Shown: positions 7,302 to 12,610 of the stretch, one piece after another
Layout of the letters: every line of letters begins with the position of its first letter
How positions within the stretch are numbered: position 1 is the first letter of the stretch
IMG/VR virus record: IMGVR_UViG_2630968712_000015
Direction: 5' to 3' (one strand)
Origin: a virus
Taxonomy: Duplodnaviria; Heunggongvirae; Uroviricota; Caudoviricetes
DNA: 12,610 bases
Notes under the pieces: generated by a model
Databases searched by the model: none
Seen by the model: only the letters and a program-made list of their open reading frames with translations
Told to the model about the DNA's origin: nothing
Program-made: the position numbers and the translations under genes

Positions 7302-10053
7302 TATCGACCTTATCCGCGAAGTGACCAGCGCCGCAGCAGGGCGCTGGCCTTATGTGCTGGCTGAATTGTCTATCGACGTGCCTGATTCATCGCGCCGCCA
7401 TTCTCCATGCCCTGCATGTGGTGGAAAAGACCGTTTCAGATTCGACGACAACGGGCGCGGTAGCTTTATCTGCAACCAGTGTGGCGCTGGTGACGGGCTG
7501 GATTTAATCAAGCGGGTAAACAACTGCGACACCACGGAGGCGGCACAGCTTGCCGCTGACGTGCTGGGTATTGATTACCGGGCAGCGCAAACCGACCCGG
7601 CGGCAGCGAGCCATAGAAGAGAGCAACTGGAAGCTGACCGCCAGCAGCGTGAGCAGGAGCGCCAGAAACAGGCAGCAGAGGACGCAGAGCAGCGAAGGGC
7701 TACGTTTGCCCATCTGTATGCCGGAATGCGCCAGAGTGCCACACAGGGCGAATCTGATTACCTGCAATCAAAAGGGCTGACCGGGTTTAACTATCCGGTT
7801 ATGCCGGATGGTTCGTTATTGCTGGAGCTGGTGGACGAATCCGGCGCAGTGGCAGCAGCGCAAACCATTACACCGCAGGGAGAGAAGCGACTCCTGACAG
7901 GTTCAGCAAAGCGCGGGGCATATCACGCCGTAAACGCGCCAGAATCGCCGCAGAGCGTTTTAATTGCCGAGGGGCTGGCGACGGCCCTTTCAGTTCACCT
8001 GATGCGCCCGGACGCGCTGGCAGTGGCAGCAATTGACGCGGGCAACCTGCTACCCGTTGCCGAAGTGATGCGCCGGATATATCCCGCCACGCAGATTATC
8101 ATTGCCGCAGATAACGACCACCAGCAGGACGACCAGGCGAACACGGGCAAAGATGCCGCAGAGAAAGCCGCCTTATCCGTGGCTGGCTGGGTGGCGCTGC
8201 CGCCGACAGACTACAAAGCCGACTGGGACGACTACCGCCAGCAAAACGGGCTGGAAGTCGCTACGGCTGCGTTTAACGATTCGATGTACCAGATTCAAGG
8301 GGAAGCCGTGAAACCGCGATTGCAAGCCATTGAGGGCGGTAAAACTGACCATCCAGAGAAAGATCCACTAAAACCCCACATTGAGAGCCGCAAAGATAGC
8401 GTTTTCTGGGTAACGCCGAAGGTGGACAAGGAAAGCGGGGAGATCGTCAACGCTGAAAGCTGGTTATGTTCCCCGTTGGAGGTTATCGGCACGGGACGCG
8501 ACGACAAAGATCAGTATCTTATTATCTCATGGCTGGCATTCGGTGCAGGCATACCGACAACAGCGGCTATCCCGCTGGCTGATATTGGCGAGCGTGAAGG
8601 CTGGCGCACCCTGAAAGCTGGTGGGGTTAACGTCACGACCAAAAGCAGTTTACGGGCGATCCTTGCCGACTGGCTACAGCGGAGCGGCTCGCGTGAATTG
8701 TGGCGCGTTGCTCATGCTACAGGCTGGCAGTGCGGGGCATACATCATGCCGGACGGGGAAATCATCGGCACACCTGAGCGGCCTGTTTTGTTCAGCGGGC
8801 GCAGTTCAGCCGCTGCCGGGTATACCGTAGCAGGAACGCCGGAAAGCTGGCGCAACAGTGTCGCGCGGCTGGCATACGGCAACTACGCGATGATGACAGG
8901 CATTGCCGCAGCACTGGCAGCGCCATTAATCGGGGTGGCAGAGCGTGACGGATTCGGGATTCATTTTTATGAGCAATCGAGCGCCGGGAAAACAACCACG
9001 CAGAACGTGGCTAGCAGTCTATACGGGAACCCTGATGCCTTGCGCCTGACGTGGTACGGGACGGCGCTGGGGATGATAAACGAGGCCGCCGCCCACAATG
9101 ACGGACTGATGCCGCTGGATGAAGTCGGACAGGGCGCAGACCCGATAAGCGTTTCTCAGTCTGCCTATGCCCTGTTTAACGGCGTAGGGAAATTGCAGGG
9201 CGCGAAAGAAGGCGGAAATCGGGATCTAAAACGCTGGCGTACCGTGGCAATCAGCACCGGGGAAATGGATTTAGAAACGTTCATTGCCTCCGCAGGACGC
9301 AAGACAAAAGCGGGGCAACTGGTGCGCCTGCTGAATATCCCGTTAAGTAAGGCGGTGCGCTTTCATGAGCACCAGACAGGGAAAGACCATGCAGACGCAT
9401 TAAAATCCGCGTGGCAGAGCAATCACGGCGCTGCCGGGCGGGAGTGGATCAGATGGCTTGCAGGCCACCAGCAGCAGGCCATTGATACCGTTCGTGACTG
9501 TGAAGCCCGCTGGCGCAGTCTTATTCCTGCCGACTATGGGGAACAGGTTCACCGTGTAGGGGCAAGGTTCGCCATTCTGGAGGCTGCTTTACTGCTGGGT
9601 GGCGTGGTTACTGGCTGGGATGATCAAACGTGCCGTGATGCGATACAGCACAGCTACAATGCGTGGTTGCGTGAGTTCGGCACGGGGAACAAAGAGCACC
9701 AGCAGATTATTGAGCAGACGGAGGCGTTTTTGAATGCCTATGGGCTGAGTCGATTCGCGCCGCTGGGTTATGACCCGCGCGATTTACCCATCCGTGATTT
9801 AGCCGGGTACAGGAAGAAGGGGAACCACGACGGCGACCCGATAATTTTCTACACCTTCCCGGCAGCGTTTGAGCAGGAGATTGCAAAGGGCTTCAATACC
9901 AAACAGTTTGCCGAAGTTCTAAAGAATGCAGGAATGCTTACACCACCAACGAGCGGGCGAGGCTATCAGGGGCGAGTAAGGGAGGATGGGCGACAGATTC
10001 GCGTCTATGTACTCAATTTCATGGCAGAGGAAAGCAGCCAGCCAGAAGAATAA
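7294..10053 (+). CDS. Primase-helicase (P4 alpha-like replication protein): N-terminal primase zinc ribbon, Toprim domain, C-terminal P-loop NTPase/helicase domain
   Basis: Perfect AGGAGG SD before ATG 7294; CPACGGKDRFRFDDNGRGSFICNQCG zinc ribbon; Toprim-like AEGLATALS...IIIAADNDH; Walker A SSAGKTT and Walker B LMPLDEVG; 919 aa. Confidence 0.9.
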   Translation: MRNIDLIREVTSAAAGRWPYVLAELSIDVPDSSRRHSPCPACGGKDRFRFDDNGRGSFICNQCGAGDGLDLIKRVNNCDTTEAAQLAADVLGIDYRAAQTDPAAASHRREQLEADRQQREQERQKQAAEDAEQRRATFAHLYAGMRQSATQGESDYLQSKGLTGFNYPVMPDGSLLLELVDESGAVAAAQTITPQGEKRLLTGSAKRGAYHAVNAPESPQSVLIAEGLATALSVHLMRPDALAVAAIDAGNLLPVAEVMRRIYPATQIIIAADNDHQQDDQANTGKDAAEKAALSVAGWVALPPTDYKADWDDYRQQNGLEVATAAFNDSMYQIQGEAVKPRLQAIEGGKTDHPEKDPLKPHIESRKDSVFWVTPKVDKESGEIVNAESWLCSPLEVIGTGRDDKDQYLIISWLAFGAGIPTTAAIPLADIGEREGWRTLKAGGVNVTTKSSLRAILADWLQRSGSRELWRVAHATGWQCGAYIMPDGEIIGTPERPVLFSGRSSAAAGYTVAGTPESWRNSVARLAYGNYAMMTGIAAALAAPLIGVAERDGFGIHFYEQSSAGKTTTQNVASSLYGNPDALRLTWYGTALGMINEAAAHNDGLMPLDEVGQGADPISVSQSAYALFNGVGKLQGAKEGGNRDLKRWRTVAISTGEMDLETFIASAGRKTKAGQLVRLLNIPLSKAVRFHEHQTGKDHADALKSAWQSNHGAAGREWIRWLAGHQQQAIDTVRDCEARWRSLIPADYGEQVHRVGARFAILEAALLLGGVVTGWDDQTCRDAIQHSYNAWLREFGTGNKEHQQIIEQTEAFLNAYGLSRFAPLGYDPRDLPIRDLAGYRKKGNHDGDPIIFYTFPAAFEQEIAKGFNTKQFAEVLKNAGMLTPPTSGRGYQGRVREDGRQIRVYVLNFMAEESSQPEE

Positions 10054-10080
10054 TTATTTCTTCACATGCGTAGTTTTAGT

Positions 10081-10254
10081 GTTGTCTCGGTTGTCTTTGT
10101 TGTCTCAATTTGTAATTGAGATTGATTTATAAGGATTTTATTTTAATTTCTGAGACAACACCGAGACAACATTTAGCCATTTTGAGACAACAGGGCGAAA
10201 GTGTGTTTTTAGTCTGGCAGGCAGTGAGACAACATTTATGCCGGGTGAGACAAC
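10081..10254. repeat. Iteron array: three inverted GTTGTCTC/T copies at 9-bp spacing, an AT-rich spacer, then five direct TGAGACAACA copies phased at 11/21/42/21 bp; putative replication origin or cis replication region
   Basis: GTTGTCTC at 10081, GTTGTCTT at 10090, GTTGTCTC at 10099; AT-rich 10107-10150; GAGACAAC at 10152, 10163, 10184, 10226, 10247; located directly 3' of the primase-helicase gene. Confidence 0.6.
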
Positions 10255-10343
10255 ACTATTTTTGCTTACTATGAAAAAAAATCGGCAGGTGTCCCACATT
10301 AAGAAATCGTCATTAGCAAAACTAATAATCCAGTGAGGGGAAA

Positions 10344-10778
10344 ATGACAGCACAAATTTCAGCATACGGGCGGCTGGTGGCAGATCCCCAGACCCGCACC
10401 ACAACGAACGGTAACAACATGGCTATGGCGCGGCTGGCGGTGTCTCTCCCCTGTAATGCGGCAGAGGCGGGAGAGTCAACCTTCTGGCTGGGCGTTATTG
10501 CTTTTGGGAAGCAGGCCGATGCGCTGGCAAAGCACCAGAAAGGCGACCTTGTGAGCGTGGCAGGCAATATGCAACTCAACCAGTGGACAGGGCAGGACGG
10601 CGGTACACAGCAGGGGTATCAGGTAGTAGCCGACAGTGTGATCAGCGCCAGAACGGTACGCCCCGGCGGGAAGGCAGGACAGCGGGGACAGGCAACGGAC
10701 GCGCTGAGACGTGCGCAGCAGCCATCCCGTGATGAATACGACCAAAGCCCACCATTCGACGATGAAACGCCATTCTGA
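10344..10778 (+). CDS. ssb: Single-stranded DNA-binding protein (SSB-like, 144 aa) with acidic C-terminal tail
   Basis: GAGGGG SD before the ATG; OB-fold-like pattern (GRLVADPQ...NG...A.ARLAV...FW..VIAFGKQA...KGD.V.V.G.....W); C-terminal ...PPFDDETPF resembles the SSB acidic tip (DDDIPF in E. coli SSB). Confidence 0.7.
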   Translation: MTAQISAYGRLVADPQTRTTTNGNNMAMARLAVSLPCNAAEAGESTFWLGVIAFGKQADALAKHQKGDLVSVAGNMQLNQWTGQDGGTQQGYQVVADSVISARTVRPGGKAGQRGQATDALRRAQQPSRDEYDQSPPFDDETPF

Positions 10779-10788
10779 GAGGGAAGAT

Positions 10789-11340
10789 ATGAGTACGCAA
10801 CCCATCATTATTGAGTTCGGCAGCTATCGCTGGCCCAGACATCTTGCAATACATGAAGCAGGTCATGCGATAGCCGCATGGTTTTTCGGCATACAGGAGG
10901 TAGAAATTGCGTTATCGGGTAATAACCGAGTGGCAAAAACCTACCTTAGCGGCGATGTTGATGAATGTGGAGCTGTCGCGGTATGGCACGCCAACTATCC
11001 ACGGAATGTGGCTGAGGTTAAGTCTTACACCCTCTCGAATGATGACACCAGGTTACGTCTGATAGACCAGGTATGCCGGGCTATGGTTATCTCTCTGGCT
11101 GGTATCGTCGCGCAATCACGCTATACGGGGGATGATATTAACGCACTGATGGAAACGTCCGGGAAAGCAGACATGAAAAATGTTCGTGATTTATCAGAGG
11201 TATACCGGGTGGCTGGTGGGGAGGATGCTGATATACAGAGAATATCCCTTTCCCGTGCTGAGGCGCTGATTGCCCTGAAATGGTGGGATGTAGACTGGCC
11301 CCCTGAATCTCCAGACAACCAGTATCACTTAAATAAGTGA
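10789..11340 (+). CDS. Stand-alone FtsH-like (peptidase M41-type) zinc metalloprotease-domain protein; the native 3' end is replaced by IS2 from nt 11291 (last 16 codons and the stop are IS2-encoded)
   Basis: True start ATG 10789 after the ssb stop (the six-frame ORF start at 10711 lies inside ssb). [13 protein letters not shown] matches the FtsH HEAGH zinc-binding motif, with downstream regions paralleling the FtsH protease domain; no AAA+ domain upstream. Confidence 0.55.
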
Positions 11341-11381
11341 TAGTCTTAATACTAGTTTTTAGACTAGTCATTGGAGTACAG

Positions 11382-11747
11382 ATGATTGATGTCTTAGGGC
11401 CGGAGAAACGCAGACGGCGTACCACACAGGAAAAGATCGCAATTGTTCAGCAGAGCTTTGAACCGGGGATGACGGTCTCCCTCGTTGCCCGGCAACATGG
11501 TGTAGCAGCCAGCCAGTTATTTCTCTGGCGTAAGCAATACCAGGAAGGAAGTCTTACTGCTGTGGCCGCCGGAGAACAGGTTGTTCCTGCCTCTGAACTT
11601 GCTGCCGCCATGAAGCAGATTAAAGAACTCCAGCGCCTGCTCGGCAAGAAAACGATGGAAAATGAACTCCTCAAAGAAGCCGTTGAATATGGACGGGCAA
11701 AAAAGTGGATAGCGCACGCGCCCTTATTGCCCGGGGATGGGGAGTAA
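11382..11747 (+). CDS. insC: IS2 InsC (OrfA, HTH transposase component), 121 aa from ATG 11382
   Basis: [56 protein letters not shown]... matches IS2 OrfA; GGAG SD upstream. The six-frame track start at 11337 is a GTG inside the IS2 terminal repeat. Confidence 0.9.
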
Positions 11748-12610
11748 GCTTAGTCAGCCGTTGTCTCCGGGTGTCGCGTGCGCAGTTGCACGTCATTCTC
11801 AGACGAACCGATGACTGGATGGATGGCCGCCGCAGTCGTCACACTGATGATACGGATGTGCTTCTCCGTATACACCATGTTATCGGAGAGCTGCCCACGT
11901 ATGGTTATCGTCGGGTATGGGCGCTGCTTCGCAGACAGGCAGAACTTGATGGTATGCCTGCGATCAATGCCAAACGTGTTTACCGGATCATGCGCCAGAA
12001 TGCCCTGTTGCTTGAGCGAAAACCTGCTGTACCACCATCGAAACGGGCACATACAGGCAGAGTGGCCGTGAAAGAAAGCAATCAGCGATGATGCTCTGAC
12101 GGGTTCGAGTTCTGCTGTGATAACGGAGAGAGACTGCGTGTCACGTTCGCGCTGGACTGCTGTGATCGTGAGGCACTGCACTGGGCGGTGACTACCGGCG
12201 GCTTCAACAGTGAAACAGTACAGGACGTCATGCTGGGAGCGGTGGAACGCCGCTTCGGCAACGATCTTCCGTCGTCTCCAGTGGAGTGGCTGACGGATAA
12301 TGGTTCATGCTACCGGGCTAATGAAACACGCCAGTTCGCCCGGATGTTGGGACTTGAACCGAAGAACACGGCGGTGCGGAGTCCGGAGAGTAACGGAATA
12401 GCAGAGAGCTTCGTGAAAACGATAAAGCGTGACTACATCAGTATCATGCCCAAACCAGACGGGTTAACGGCAGCAAAGAACCTTGCAGAGGCGTTCGAGC
12501 ATTATAACGAATGGCATCCGCATAGTGCGCTGGGTTATCGCTCGCCACGGGAATATCTGCGGCAGCGGGCTTGTAATGGGTTAAGTGATAACAGATGTCT
12601 GGAAATATAG
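11705..12610 (+). pseudogene. insD: IS2 InsD (OrfB, DDE transposase catalytic domain) interrupted by an in-frame TGA at 12089-12091 where a Trp codon is expected
   Basis: The two six-frame ORFs 11705..12091 and 12188..12610 are in the same frame with no other stop between them; [25 protein letters not shown] versus ESNQRWCSDGFEF in IS2 InsD as recalled. Confidence 0.75.

Larger units (their letters stand above)
11291..12610 (+). mobile_element. IS2: IS2 insertion sequence (IS3 family), left end at 11291, running to the window edge (about 11 bp of the right end lie outside)
   Basis: Left terminal sequence TAGACTGGCCCCCTGAATCTCCAGACAACC at 11291; encodes InsC and InsD; A AAA AAG frameshift heptamer at 11699-11705; 1320 bp present of the 1331-bp element. 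Confidence 0.95.

Noticed and set aside
7350-8995. Small ORFs on both strands inside the primase-helicase gene (7350..7535, 7504..7767, 8102..8311, 8295..8507, 8621..8830, 8792..8995)
   Set aside because: Embedded in a long, motif-supported CDS; compositionally biased (R/T/S-rich) as expected for out-of-frame translation of GC-rich coding DNA.
10081-10254. Short direct repeats considered as a possible CRISPR array
   Set aside because: Repeat units are only 8-10 bp with irregular 11-42 bp spacing and inverted copies; there are no 25-40 bp repeats with uniform spacers. The pattern fits iterons, not CRISPR.
10261-10343. Possible sigma-70 promoter for ssb (TAATAAT at 10323-10329)
   Set aside because: The -10-like element lacks a convincing -35 partner at proper spacing; too weak to call from sequence alone.
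10711-10788. Upstream extension of the HEAGH-protein ORF, starting inside ssb
   Set aside because: Would overlap ssb by 68 nt in another frame; ATG 10789 with its own SD directly after the ssb stop is the more plausible start.
11750-12181. Minus-strand ORF 11750..12181 and plus-strand ORF 11778..12071 within IS2
   Set aside because: Alternative frames inside the known IS2 transposase region; not known IS2 products.
1-12610. Search for tRNA or tmRNA genes marking an attachment site
   Set aside because: No convincing cloverleaf or conserved T-loop (GTTCRANYC) context found; the att site and any target tRNA presumably lie upstream of the window start.

Overview
The window reads as the integrase-proximal part of a P4-like / PICI-like integrative satellite element from an enterobacterium, almost entirely on the + strand, carrying two IS insertions. 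Order: P4-type tyrosine integrase; an unknown cargo gene of about 282 codons split by a complete IS1 (768 bp, 9-bp target duplication); an AlpA/Vis-family regulator behind a palindromic operator-like site; a 143-aa hypothetical; an AntA-like antirepressor; a possibly structured noncoding region; a chain of translationally coupled small genes; a 919-aa primase-helicase; a phased 8-mer iteron array with an AT-rich spacer (putative ori/crr); an SSB-like protein; and a stand-alone FtsH-like HEAGH metalloprotease-domain gene whose 3' end is replaced by an IS2 that runs to the window edge and carries an in-frame TGA in insD. The most interesting candidates are the SSB plus stand-alone M41-like protease pair, the iteron origin, the hairpin-rich region at 4790-5285 (possible immunity-RNA analogue), and the IS1-inactivated cargo gene next to int. 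All homology statements come from recognising motifs by eye and recalling IS1/IS2 sequences from memory; no database search was run.
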